Assembly: GCA_947450355.1 (NCBI GenBank)
Contig: CANFVB010000001.1
Location: 1 to 61,965, forward strand
From: Bacteroidota bacterium
Lineage (GTDB): Bacteria > Bacteroidota > Bacteroidia > Flavobacteriales > Flavobacteriaceae
Length of the DNA: 61,965 nt
Direction of reading: 5' to 3'
Made by a program: the position numbers and the translations under genes. The notes under the pieces were generated by a model. The model made no database searches. It had not been told where the DNA came from and saw only the letters and a program-made list of their open reading frames with translations. Positions 32,544 to 42,591 of this stretch are shown in pieces (the first letter of the stretch is position 1; each line of letters opens with the position of its first letter).

Positions 32544-33977
32544 ATGATTACTAAATATAACGTTATTCAGGTTTTAACATTCTTCTTATTTTCTGCATTT
32601 ATGTATGCTCAAATAGGATTGGGAACAGTTGCACCAGATAGTTCCGCTATTTTAGATTTAAGTTCAACCAATAAAGGTTTTCTATTGCCAAGGATGACAG
32701 GGATTCAGGAAAATTTGATTGTTTTACCAGCTCACGGACTATTGGTTTTTAATACCACTACCAATTATATTGAAGTGAATAGTGGTTCTACAAATTTTCC
32801 GGTTTGGGTTAATATTATTGGAATAAAAGGCGAAACAGGTTCTGGAGGAACACTTGTCAGTGGGGTTACCAACGAAGCAACAGGACCTTCTTCAACAGTT
32901 GGTGGGGGCGAATTTAATTCAGCTACAGGCCTTAATTCAGTAGTTTCTGGAGGAAATAACAATACCGCATGTGGAGCCAATTCAGTTATTTCAGGAGGTT
33001 TGTATAATATTTCATGTGGTTCACTTTCAACCGTATCGGGAGGATTTGATAATACAGCCACGGGTTTTGCATCTACTATTTCAGGAGGTACTTCTAATAC
33101 TGCAACTGGGGCAGGAGCTGCTATCGGTGGAGGTTCTTCAAATGTTGCGTTTGGAGCCAATGCAAATATTGGTGGCGGAACATTAAATTCTGCTTGGGGT
33201 GCTAATTCAACAATTTCTGGAGGAATTAGTAATTATACTTTTGGTGGTGCGTCTTCAATAGCTGGGGGAACTTTTAATAAATCAATTGCGCCAAGTTCAA
33301 GTGTCGCTGGAGGTACTTATAATCTTGCTTCTGGTGCAAGTTCAAGTGTGGGCGGGGGAGATTATAATACTGCAAATGCACCAAGTTCAAGTGTTGGAGG
33401 AGGAACCTATAATACTGCAAGTGGGGCAAGCGCAACAGTTTCAGGCGGAAATCATAACGAAGCATTTGGGGCTTCTGCTACAGTTTCTGGAGGGGCTCAA
33501 AATAGTGCTAGTGGCGATGCTTCTTTGGTTTCTGGTGGAACAGATAATAAAGCAAGAGGAATAAATTCGACAGTTTCAGGTGGTATTGGAAATTTTGCAA
33601 ATTCCTATGGAGAATGGGTTGGGGGAGTTTATGGGACAGATTATACGGCTACTTCTTTGACTGGTTTTTTTGGTTTTGATAGGGTTTTTAATGTTGGAAA
33701 TGGAACAAGTTCAACTTCAAGATCAAATGCCCTAACTATTTTAAAAAACGGGTTGGCAACTTTACCGTCGGTTACTATCACATTGATAAATGAAGCTAAC
33801 GGACAGGCGGTTACTACAAAAGAATATACAGATGCAACCTATGTTAAATTTGGAATTGTAGCTCCAGTATCTGCTAACTCTCCAGGAATTGTTGGGGAAG
33901 TAAGAATGACAGCAACTTATATATATACTTGTATTGCAACAAATACTTGGGTAAGAGCAGCGGTATTAACTTGGTAA
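32544..33977 (+). CDS. Array paralogue 8, class A (about 17 repeats)
   Basis: QIGLGT module; 15-aa repeats; SYGEWVGG, DRVFNVGNG, GEVRMT..YTC..W. Confidence 0.85.
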   Translation: MITKYNVIQVLTFFLFSAFMYAQIGLGTVAPDSSAILDLSSTNKGFLLPRMTGIQENLIVLPAHGLLVFNTTTNYIEVNSGSTNFPVWVNIIGIKGETGSGGTLVSGVTNEATGPSSTVGGGEFNSATGLNSVVSGGNNNTACGANSVISGGLYNISCGSLSTVSGGFDNTATGFASTISGGTSNTATGAGAAIGGGSSNVAFGANANIGGGTLNSAWGANSTISGGISNYTFGGASSIAGGTFNKSIAPSSSVAGGTYNLASGASSSVGGGDYNTANAPSSSVGGGTYNTASGASATVSGGNHNEAFGASATVSGGAQNSASGDASLVSGGTDNKARGINSTVSGGIGNFANSYGEWVGGVYGTDYTATSLTGFFGFDRVFNVGNGTSSTSRSNALTILKNGLATLPSVTITLINEANGQAVTTKEYTDATYVKFGIVAPVSANSPGIVGEVRMTATYIYTCIATNTWVRAAVLTW

Positions 33978-34003
33978 TAAAAAAAATATTAAAATTAACA
34001 AAA

Positions 34004-35386
34004 ATGAAAAATACATATCTATTATTTACAACAGTTTTATTACTAACGTATGCGTTTGCAAATGCGCAAATTGGCATTGGAACCAATACTCCGGATGCAT
34101 CAGCTTTATTGGATTTATCGTCAACTACCAAAGGATTATTATTACCAAGAATGACAACTTTACAACAAACGGCTTTGGTAAGTCCAGCCATTGGGTTAAC
34201 TATTTTTAATACCACATCAGGACAATTAGAAATCAATAAAGGAGATGGATTAGGCGGTGCATTATGGACAGGAATTACCGCTACTACTGGAGTGACGGCT
34301 CCTTTAGGAACAAATACTACTCAATTAGCTACCACAGAATTTGTTTTAGCTAATTCTGGTAATTATATTTTTAAGGAAGGATTTGGAGATATTACGACTG
34401 ATTTAACAACAGACGTATTGGTTTCAGAAATGACCTTATCACCGATAGCAGGAACGTATTCTGTTTCTTTTAATGGACAATATAGTAATAGCCCAACAAT
34501 TTCAACTTCAACAATTTCTACAGGTCAATGTTTGGTAGATTTAGTTGATGTTTATAATCAATTACAAGCGATTCCAATAAATTTTACCAATCATAATTTT
34601 AATTTTGGAAATGGAGAAGCAATTTTACCAGGAAAATATTCTGTAGGAAGTGCCATTGCTGTTGCAGGGACATTGACTTTGGATGGGGGTGGAAACCCAG
34701 ATGCTATTTTTATTTTTAAAGCTTTAGGAGCTATAAATACGTATTCAGGAACGTCAATTGTATTGACGAATGGAACGAAAGCCTGCAACGTTTTTTGGGT
34801 TGCTGAGGGAGCCGTTGGAATTGGCGCCAATACAATTATGAAAGGAGTTCTTATTGCTCATGGAGCTGCAGTAGCGGTTGGAGCAGAAAGTATGCTTGAA
34901 GGAAGAATGTTTTCTACTTATGGAGCAGTAGCTTTTGGACCAGGTGTAGCTACAATTCCCATAGGAGTTTGTCCCGCTGTTAGTTTAGGTGTATTGTCTT
35001 CTTTTGTTCTTTTTACAGGAGGAGGAGCAATTAATAACACGGGTGCTTCAACATATAATGGTGATATTGCTACGAATGCTGGTGCAACTGGGAGCCTTGC
35101 TGCCGCTGTTGTAAACGGAACTATTTTTCCTGAAAATGCAAGTGCGAGTGTCACAACTACTGTCGTAAATACCACTGTTGCAAAAGCAACTTTTAGCATT
35201 TATCAAAATGATGTTATCATTCCCAATTCAGTTCGGTCAGCAACAAGTAATGGAAATCTTGCAATTGTTTCATTACAATCCATTGCAACAGTAACGACAG
35301 GACAATCAATTGCTATAAAATGGAAAACAAACGTAGGGGCTTTAACGCTTGGAAACAGAACACTAACATTAATAAGAGTACATTAA
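34004..35386 (+). CDS. Array paralogue 9, class B ice-binding family protein
   Basis: Start set to ATG 34004 (MKNTY + signal peptide); GTNTTQLATTEFV; permuted DUF3494. Confidence 0.85.
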   Translation: MKNTYLLFTTVLLLTYAFANAQIGIGTNTPDASALLDLSSTTKGLLLPRMTTLQQTALVSPAIGLTIFNTTSGQLEINKGDGLGGALWTGITATTGVTAPLGTNTTQLATTEFVLANSGNYIFKEGFGDITTDLTTDVLVSEMTLSPIAGTYSVSFNGQYSNSPTISTSTISTGQCLVDLVDVYNQLQAIPINFTNHNFNFGNGEAILPGKYSVGSAIAVAGTLTLDGGGNPDAIFIFKALGAINTYSGTSIVLTNGTKACNVFWVAEGAVGIGANTIMKGVLIAHGAAVAVGAESMLEGRMFSTYGAVAFGPGVATIPIGVCPAVSLGVLSSFVLFTGGGAINNTGASTYNGDIATNAGATGSLAAAVVNGTIFPENASASVTTTVVNTTVAKATFSIYQNDVIIPNSVRSATSNGNLAIVSLQSIATVTTGQSIAIKWKTNVGALTLGNRTLTLIRVH

Positions 35387-35395
35387 ATTAAAAAA

Positions 35396-36781
35396 ATGAT
35401 TAAAGCATATCTATTATATACAACAGTTTTATTATTTGCTTATGCAAATGCAAATGCGCAAATTGGAATTGGAACCAATACTCCAGATGCCTCTTCATTA
35501 TTAGATTTGTCGTCAACAACAAAAGGATTATTATTACCAAGAATGACAACTTTACAACAAACGGCTTTGGTAAGTCCAGCCATTGGGTTAACCGTTTATA
35601 ATATTTCAAACAACCAAATAGAGACCAATAGAGGTGACGGAATAGGAGGCGTCTTCTGGACAGGAGCTAATACAAATGGAATAACCGCTGCTATTGGAAC
35701 CAATACAACTCAATTAGCAACAACTGAATTTGTAATTTCCAATTCAAATAAATTCAACTCTATAAATGCAACAAGTCCGCTTTTGACAACAGCAACTGCT
35801 GATGCAGTTATATCAGGAATGACAATTTCGCCTCCAGCAGGAACGTATTTTGTGAATTTTAATAGCCAATTTAATTACTCACAAGCTCCAGTTATTAATG
35901 CTCCAATTGAAATTAGTACTGCTCAGGCAGTATTAGATTTACAAACGGCATACAATCAACTGAATGCGCTTGTTGTTACTGATGCAACTCATGCAGCTGT
36001 TTTTGGAAATGGAGAAACGCTAACTCCGGGTGTTTATTCTATAGCTGCTGCAGCTGCGATGCTTGGAACCTTAACATTAGATGGACAAAATAATTCAAAT
36101 GCTGTTTTTATTTTCAAAATTGGTGCTGCCTTCAATACGGGTGCGGGAACAACAGTACTATTAACTAACGGAGCAAGTGCTTGTAATGTTTTTTGGGTGG
36201 TAGAAGCCGCTATTGGATTGGGCGCAATTACAAAAATAAAAGGAACTATGATTTCTCACGGTGCGGCTGTTGGTGCAGGTGCAGGTTGTATAATTGATGG
36301 AAGAATGTTGACCACTGCAGGTGCAATTACTTCTGATAATTTAACTTTAAATATTCCTTTAAATTGTTCGTATATAAATCTTGGTGTTTTGTCAACTTTT
36401 GGAATGTTTACAACTGCTGGAGCCATTGCAAATACTGCAATTTCGGCTATTAATGGAAATGTAGGTACTAATTTTGGACTTATTACGGGTTTAACTCCAA
36501 CTATGGTTACAGGTACTATTTTTCCTCCAGGAGGAACAGCGGTTTTACCTGTTGCTATATCACCAATAACAAGTGGTTTTGGTACTTTTAGTATTTATCA
36601 AAATGGAGTATTAATTGCTAATTCTAATAGAACAAAAAAAAGCACATTAGTATTAGATGAGGTTACATTGCAAGCCATTGCTACAGTTGAAACTGGGCAA
36701 ACCATTGATATTAGATGGAAAACAGACCAAGGAGGATTGACAGTTGGAAATAGAATATTAACAATTATCAATGTAAGGTAA
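35396..36781 (+). CDS. Array paralogue 10, class B ice-binding family protein
   Basis: DLQTAYNQL, TLTPGVY, LDGQNNSNAVFIFK; 71 bp identical to paralogue 9 in the N-module. Confidence 0.85.
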   Translation: MIKAYLLYTTVLLFAYANANAQIGIGTNTPDASSLLDLSSTTKGLLLPRMTTLQQTALVSPAIGLTVYNISNNQIETNRGDGIGGVFWTGANTNGITAAIGTNTTQLATTEFVISNSNKFNSINATSPLLTTATADAVISGMTISPPAGTYFVNFNSQFNYSQAPVINAPIEISTAQAVLDLQTAYNQLNALVVTDATHAAVFGNGETLTPGVYSIAAAAAMLGTLTLDGQNNSNAVFIFKIGAAFNTGAGTTVLLTNGASACNVFWVVEAAIGLGAITKIKGTMISHGAAVGAGAGCIIDGRMLTTAGAITSDNLTLNIPLNCSYINLGVLSTFGMFTTAGAIANTAISAINGNVGTNFGLITGLTPTMVTGTIFPPGGTAVLPVAISPITSGFGTFSIYQNGVLIANSNRTKKSTLVLDEVTLQAIATVETGQTIDIRWKTDQGGLTVGNRILTIINVR

Positions 36782-36811
36782 TCAATAATAATTGCGAAAG
36801 CACCATCAAAA

Positions 36812-36890
36812 AATAAAAACAATAAAAACAATAAAAACAATAAAAACAATAAAAACAATAAAAACAATAAAAACAATAAAAACAATAAAA
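36812..36890. repeat. 9-bp minisatellite (AATAAAAAC) x8 plus a partial unit, abutting a start codon
   Basis: Perfect copies 36812..36883, then AATAAAA-ATG (ATG at 36891). Confidence 0.97.
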
Positions 36891-38195
36891 ATGAAAAAGA
36901 CTTACGTAATATTTACTACAATTTTTTTAAGTGTTTGTGGAACTGCAAATGCGCAATTTGGAATAGGAACTTCAACTCCTGATGCCTCTTCAATTCTGGA
37001 TTTATCATCCACCTCAAAAGGGTTATTGATGCCAAGAATGACAACCGTTCAACAAACGGCTTTAGTTAATCCAGCAATAGGACTTACCATTTTTAATACT
37101 ACAACTGGTCAATTAGAAACCAATAAAGGCGATGGTTTGGGTGGTGCATCTTGGTCTGGAGGTTCTGGGGGAACTTCAGGTTCAGGAGGTTCGATTTCAT
37201 TTGTAGAATCTGGAACACAGGATGCAACAGTTATTGATTCGGATTCAGTTATAAGCGGTATGACCTTGTCGCCAGGAGCTGGAACTTATGCTGTAACTTT
37301 TAATGGAGAATACAATATTGACCCAGGAAATGTAGCTAGTTTTATCACTACACCAAAAGGTGTGGTTGATTTAGCTGCTGCTTACAGTCAGTTGAACTTT
37401 ATGGTACCCACAAATACTACACACGCTCTTTCTTTTGGGCTCAATGAAATTCTAACACCAGGTATTTATGCTACTGCCGCTTCTACGATTGCAGGTATAT
37501 TAACATTAGATGGGCAAAATAATTCCAATTCCCTTTTTATTTTTAAAATTAATGGAGCACTTGGTGTTGGAGATTCTACCATAATCTATTTGATAAATGG
37601 CGCCAAAGCTAAAAATGTATTTTGGGTAGCCGAGGGAGGAATTAGTATTGGAGCAAGTTCAACCGTAAAAGGGACTTTTTTATCTCACGGCGGGGCAGTT
37701 GCAATGGGAGCTTCTTGTATATTAGAAGGACGATTACTTTCAACAATAGGAGCTGTAAATACAATTTCTTCTACAATAAATATTCCTTTAAATAATTCTA
37801 TTGTTAATTTAGGGATTCTATCCACTTTTGCACTTTTTACATCTTCGGGAGCTGTTGGAAACACCGGTACTTCATTTGTAAGAGGTCATGTTGGGTCTAA
37901 TGCTGGTGCAATAACAGGTTATACGGAAACTACAGATTGTAAGATATTTATACCCTCAACACCTCCTTATCCAATTGATAATAGTATATTTGCAACATTC
38001 AGTGTGTATCAAAACAACACTTTAATTCCAACTTCAACTAGAACTATAATTAGTAAGGTCTTTAAATCCGATGTAATAACAGTATCATCTAAAGCAACTA
38101 TTACCGCTGGTCAAAGCATTGACGTTAGGTGGAATACAACTTTAGGAACGCTTTCATTAGTGAATAGATCATTGACACTTATGAAAATTCAATAG
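36891..38195 (+). CDS. Array paralogue 11, class B ice-binding family protein
   Basis: Start set to ATG 36891 (MKKTY + signal peptide); Gly/Ser linker GGSGGTSGSGG; permuted DUF3494. Confidence 0.85.
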   Translation: MKKTYVIFTTIFLSVCGTANAQFGIGTSTPDASSILDLSSTSKGLLMPRMTTVQQTALVNPAIGLTIFNTTTGQLETNKGDGLGGASWSGGSGGTSGSGGSISFVESGTQDATVIDSDSVISGMTLSPGAGTYAVTFNGEYNIDPGNVASFITTPKGVVDLAAAYSQLNFMVPTNTTHALSFGLNEILTPGIYATAASTIAGILTLDGQNNSNSLFIFKINGALGVGDSTIIYLINGAKAKNVFWVAEGGISIGASSTVKGTFLSHGGAVAMGASCILEGRLLSTIGAVNTISSTINIPLNNSIVNLGILSTFALFTSSGAVGNTGTSFVRGHVGSNAGAITGYTETTDCKIFIPSTPPYPIDNSIFATFSVYQNNTLIPTSTRTIISKVFKSDVITVSSKATITAGQSIDVRWNTTLGTLSLVNRSLTLMKIQ

Positions 38196-38310
38196 CAATA
38201 AATGATTTTTTAGTTGCTTTATTAATTTAACCTATTTTAAAAAAGCTACATCTCGAATTACAATAACTACAAATGGAATACTTATCACGAGTATCTCTTG
38301 TAAAAAAAAA

Positions 38311-39573
38311 ATGACTATATCTAAACAATTCGTTTCGGCACTGTTTATCGTTTTGCCCTTGTTCGCTTTAGCACAAATAGGAATTGGAACCAATAATCCA
38401 GACCCCAGTTCCATTTTGCATTTGTCATCCACATCGAAGGGAATTCTTTCGCCTAGAATGACTACTCAAAATAGAGATGAAATAAACAATCCAGATCAAG
38501 GACTATTAATTTATAATACATCGACTTCTAATTATAATTTCTACGATGGCAGTTGGAATGATTTTTCTACACAGTACAAAACCGTCGGAGTATTAGGAGA
38601 TGTTACAACCAATTCAAATACAGCCGTTGTTGTTGAAGGAATGAATTTAGTTCCTTCAGCTGGGACTTATTCTGTAATGTTTAATAGTCAGTTTAAGAAA
38701 CAGGTATTCAATACTTTTTCAACCGAGCAAGCTTTGATTGATTTAAATACGGTTTATGAAACAGTATATAATTATTCATTACCTAACATTTTACATTCAA
38801 ATACTTTTGGAAATAACGAAATTCTATTTTCAGGAATTCAAACTTTCCCCTCTCAAGCTTTCGCAAATGAAACTCTGACTTTAGATGGTCAAAATATCCC
38901 AGATTCTAAATTTATTTTCAAAATAGGAGCAGGGCTTACTATTGAAGCGGGATTTACTATTGTTTTAATAAATGGTGCAAAGGCAAGCGATGTTTTTTGG
39001 ATAGCTGAAAGTACTATTGAAATTGGAGTAGGAGCTTCTTTGAAAGGAACTTTTATTTCTCATGGAAGCTCAATAAATGTTAGTGCAGGAACAACACTTC
39101 AAGGAAGATTGTTTTCTACATCTGGTACAATAAATCTAAATGCTTCATCGGTAACAGTTCCAACTACAGTTTCCACAATTGATTTAGGGGTGTTGTCTAA
39201 TTTAGCATTGTTTACTGGTAATGGTGCGATTATTAATACTGGTGTTTCTTCCATAAATGGAAATGTAGCTACTAATTCGGGTTCAATTTCTGGGTTGAAT
39301 TCTACCTCTAATAGTATTTTATATCTGCCGTCGAATATAATTCCAATTCTAATTTCTGATGCTGTTGCTTCTTTCGGCATTTATCAAAATGGAGTTTTAA
39401 TTGAAAATTCGGTACGAGTTAATAAAAGCAACGGAAATCAAATTCAACTTTCATTACAAACAATTGCAACTGTTTTAGATGGCGAAACTATTGATGTAAG
39501 ATGGAAATGTGATAATGATGGAAACGTAATTAAAATGGGAAAAAGAACGCTTACTTTAATCAAAGTGAAATAA
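38311..39573 (+). CDS. Array paralogue 12, class B (divergent DUF3494)
   Basis: LTLDGQNIPDSKFIFK, DVFW, QGRLFST, then IDLGVLSNLALFTG. Confidence 0.8.
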   Translation: MTISKQFVSALFIVLPLFALAQIGIGTNNPDPSSILHLSSTSKGILSPRMTTQNRDEINNPDQGLLIYNTSTSNYNFYDGSWNDFSTQYKTVGVLGDVTTNSNTAVVVEGMNLVPSAGTYSVMFNSQFKKQVFNTFSTEQALIDLNTVYETVYNYSLPNILHSNTFGNNEILFSGIQTFPSQAFANETLTLDGQNIPDSKFIFKIGAGLTIEAGFTIVLINGAKASDVFWIAESTIEIGVGASLKGTFISHGSSINVSAGTTLQGRLFSTSGTINLNASSVTVPTTVSTIDLGVLSNLALFTGNGAIINTGVSSINGNVATNSGSISGLNSTSNSILYLPSNIIPILISDAVASFGIYQNGVLIENSVRVNKSNGNQIQLSLQTIATVLDGETIDVRWKCDNDGNVIKMGKRTLTLIKVK

Positions 39574-39596
39574 TAATAATATAAAATGTAAAAAAC

Positions 39597-40922
39597 ATGA
39601 AAAATATATTTCTATTGATTTTATTGATTTCCTCCAGTTTTATTATTGGACAAATAGGTTTAGGAACCAATAACCCAAAGGCATCTTCAATTTTAGACAT
39701 TGCCTCTTCAACCAAAGGATTGTTAACCCCAAGAATGACTTCGCTTCAAAGAGATTCAATTGAAAACCCTGCTGAAGGGTTGCTTATATACAATACTTCT
39801 ACAGCCTCATTTAATTATTTTGATTTGGTTTGGAAAGACTTTTCAACTGCATACAAAGCGGTAAGTGCTTTGGGAGCTGTTACTACAAATTCAATTTTGC
39901 CTACAATTATAAATGAAATGGCAATTTCGCCACCAGCAGGAACCTATTTGGTTGAGTTTAATGGTCAATATAGTAATTTTATTACTTCTACTTATACTGA
40001 AATTACTCCGACAGTTTTAATAGATGATTTGCAATCAATTATTCAACAATTGGATGCCTTTCCTATCACAATTAGCAATCATTTGGGAGGTTTTGGAAAT
40101 GCAAATATTCCAAATGGAGAAATTATTTATCCAGGCGTTTATTTTATTGGAGAAGCAGTAGGAATAAATAACATTCTTACTTTAGATGGTCAAGGAGATG
40201 TCAATTCAAAATTTATTATTAAATCTGCGGGTGCTATTAATTCTGGAATAGGAGCAGTAATTCGTTTAATTAATGGTGCTTCGGCCAACAATGTTTTTTG
40301 GGTAGCAAATGGCGCTATGAGCATTGGTGCGAATAATACTATGAAAGGGAATTTAGTTTCAGTAGCTGGAGCAGTTGCGGTAGGAATTGATTCTAATCTT
40401 GAAGGCAGAATGTTATCTACTGGAGGATATATGAATTGCGGAAGCGGTTCGGTTTATTTGCCATCAGGCCCTTCTTTTATTAATTTTGGAACATTAACTA
40501 CTTTTGAAATTTTCACAGGTGCCGGAGGAATGGGAATTGTAGGTGCGCCAACTACTCATACTACTATTACAGGTAATGTTGCATCGGCAGATTGCGCTGC
40601 CTATGTAAATTTTGGAACTCCGCCACCTAGCGCTCCTCTTACATTAATTGGAAAAATGTTTTACCCTTGTAGCTTAAGCATACTAACAGTTAATTCAGGA
40701 TTTACCGATGACAGTCTTGCAACTTTTAGCATTTATAAAAATGGAATTGAAATATTGAATTCGAATAGTGTTTTAGTTAGTTCTGTTAAATCCGAAATAG
40801 TTACTTTACAAGCAATTACAACTGTTAATGGTTCTGAAACAATTGACATTAGATGGAAAACAGAAGCGGGAAACGCATTGTCAATTAAGAATAGAATAAT
40901 GACACTTACTAAAGTTCGATAA
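39597..40922 (+). CDS. Array paralogue 13, class B ice-binding family protein
   Basis: IYPGVY, LTLDGQGDVNSKFI, NNVFW, EGRMLS, then INFGTLTTFEIFTG. Confidence 0.8.
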   Translation: MKNIFLLILLISSSFIIGQIGLGTNNPKASSILDIASSTKGLLTPRMTSLQRDSIENPAEGLLIYNTSTASFNYFDLVWKDFSTAYKAVSALGAVTTNSILPTIINEMAISPPAGTYLVEFNGQYSNFITSTYTEITPTVLIDDLQSIIQQLDAFPITISNHLGGFGNANIPNGEIIYPGVYFIGEAVGINNILTLDGQGDVNSKFIIKSAGAINSGIGAVIRLINGASANNVFWVANGAMSIGANNTMKGNLVSVAGAVAVGIDSNLEGRMLSTGGYMNCGSGSVYLPSGPSFINFGTLTTFEIFTGAGGMGIVGAPTTHTTITGNVASADCAAYVNFGTPPPSAPLTLIGKMFYPCSLSILTVNSGFTDDSLATFSIYKNGIEILNSNSVLVSSVKSEIVTLQAITTVNGSETIDIRWKTEAGNALSIKNRIMTLTKVR

Positions 40923-40948
40923 ATAGCAACTCAATAACTTATTAGAAT

Positions 40949-42220
40949 ATGAAAAATATAAAAACATTTTTTCTTCTCCTTTTTCTTCTAAATACATATT
41001 TGATGGAATCACAAGTTGGTTTTGGAACAAATACGCCAAATTCAACTTCAATAATAGATTTAAAATCGATTACCAAAGGAATACTTGCTCCACGAATGAC
41101 TTCGCTTCAAAGGGATTCCATTGAAAATCCTGCAGAAGGTTTGCTAATCTATAATACGAGTAAAAAAGGATTCAATTATTATGACTCCAACTGGCAAGAT
41201 TTTTCTACAAATGTTTTTAGCAAAAATGGTACTGGCGATATAATAACTTCGTCAAACAGTAGTGAAGTTATTCCTGAAATGACTATTTCTCCACCAGAAG
41301 GCACCTATTTAGTTGATTTTAACACACAAATAATTAATAATAGTATTCCAAGTGATGTTGTCGATTCCAGTCAATTATTAATGGATTTGACTTCTGCAAA
41401 AAATCAATTGAATACTGTTGCAACCACCAATTCAAACCATAGCTTTAATTTTGGGAATGGAGAAACACTTCTTCCAGGAAAGTACGTTGTAGATAGTGCA
41501 ATTGCTGTAGCAGGTACATTAACATTTAATGCGGGCGGAAATCCAAATGCATTATTTATTATTAATGCAAAAGGAGCAATTAATACTTATGCTGGAACCA
41601 GAATCATTTTAGCAGGAGGAGCACTTCCTCAAAATATATTTTGGTTGGCTGAGGGTGTAATTGGAATTGGATTAGGAGGAATTATAAAAGGTATTTTAAT
41701 TTCTAATGGTTTTGCAATTGCGGTAGGGAATTCAACAATATTAGATGGAAGAATATTCACAACTAATGGTGCAATTGCTTTTGGAACAGGAACCGTTTCA
41801 ATAACTCCAAATTCTGCTTTTATTCAGTTTGGCTCCTTATCAACGTTTGTGCTTTTTACTGGGGCAGGACCAATTAACAATACAGGGGCATCTACTTACA
41901 ATGGAAATATATGCGCAATAGGAGGTAACACGGATAGTATTTTAGCAGGCGGATCAACAATAAATGGTACGCTTTTCATGTCTGAAGCTACTACTAGTTC
42001 CTTATCTGATTTTACTTTAGCTACTTTTGGAATATATCAAAATGGGGTATTAATCCCAAACTCTACCAGAACAATTACCTGTAGTTCAAATTACGCAAAC
42101 CTGTCTTTGAAAACAATTGCCAATATATCATTGGGACAAGAAGTTGATGTAAGATGGAGTATAAATTATGGCAATTTAGTTATTGGGAATAGAATGCTAA
42201 CTTTGAAAAAAGTGCAATAA
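40949..42220 (+). CDS. Array paralogue 14, class B ice-binding family protein
   Basis: TLLPGKY, GNPNALFII, NIFW, DGRIFT, then IQFGSLSTFVLFTG. Confidence 0.8.
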   Translation: MKNIKTFFLLLFLLNTYLMESQVGFGTNTPNSTSIIDLKSITKGILAPRMTSLQRDSIENPAEGLLIYNTSKKGFNYYDSNWQDFSTNVFSKNGTGDIITSSNSSEVIPEMTISPPEGTYLVDFNTQIINNSIPSDVVDSSQLLMDLTSAKNQLNTVATTNSNHSFNFGNGETLLPGKYVVDSAIAVAGTLTFNAGGNPNALFIINAKGAINTYAGTRIILAGGALPQNIFWLAEGVIGIGLGGIIKGILISNGFAIAVGNSTILDGRIFTTNGAIAFGTGTVSITPNSAFIQFGSLSTFVLFTGAGPINNTGASTYNGNICAIGGNTDSILAGGSTINGTLFMSEATTSSLSDFTLATFGIYQNGVLIPNSTRTITCSSNYANLSLKTIANISLGQEVDVRWSINYGNLVIGNRMLTLKKVQ

Positions 42221-42391
42221 CAAGTTTTTTATTAAGAAAGAGAAAGCGTTTTATTATTTTAAATCTAAATTAGATGTAAAAAGGTAAAATACAAATAGCT
42301 TTTTTACCTGTCTTTTCATTTGAATTTTAACATAAAATTTCGCTTTGTTTTTATTAAAAACAAGTTTCAAAAACACGCAAAACACAAAAAG

Positions 42392-42463
42392 TTACCGTTT
42401 ATGAGCGTATATGCCCACTTATTACTTGGCGCTACGGTTTGTGGTTTTTTAGATTTACTTTTG
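42392..42463 (+). promoter_or_regulatory. Internal promoter with the same direct-repeat operator as 18351..18422
   Basis: ACCGTTTAT-N11-CCCACTTAT; identical 19-mer at 42413..42431; TACTTTTG at 42456..42463 after a 24-nt gap. Confidence 0.75.
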
Positions 42464-42591
42464 TGGTAAATTAGAGTACCTATTTTATATTCATTTCTTT
42501 AAGAGTTCTCTAGTATTTAAGATGTAAATAAAATGTGTTTAATTTATTTTAAAACACATTGTTTTAATTAATACCTATAATACCCATAAAT

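Noticed and set aside
22954-33977. Class A proteins as trimeric autotransporters
   Set aside because: They end in W/F, but the C-terminal module is short, contains Cys/Pro and lacks the coiled coil plus four amphipathic strands of a YadA anchor
22954-33977. Bona fide InaZ-type ice nucleation proteins
   Set aside because: Period is 15 not 16, there are no AGYGSTxTA/TxT motifs and far fewer repeats; kept only as a loose analogy
33929-34003. Overlap of paralogues 8 and 9
   Set aside because: Artefact of an upstream TTG start; the paralogue-consistent start is ATG 34004
36792-36890. N-terminal (IKT)n extension and the antisense (LLF)n ORF 36598..36885
   Set aside because: Both are translations of the 9-bp minisatellite; the signal peptide begins at ATG 36891
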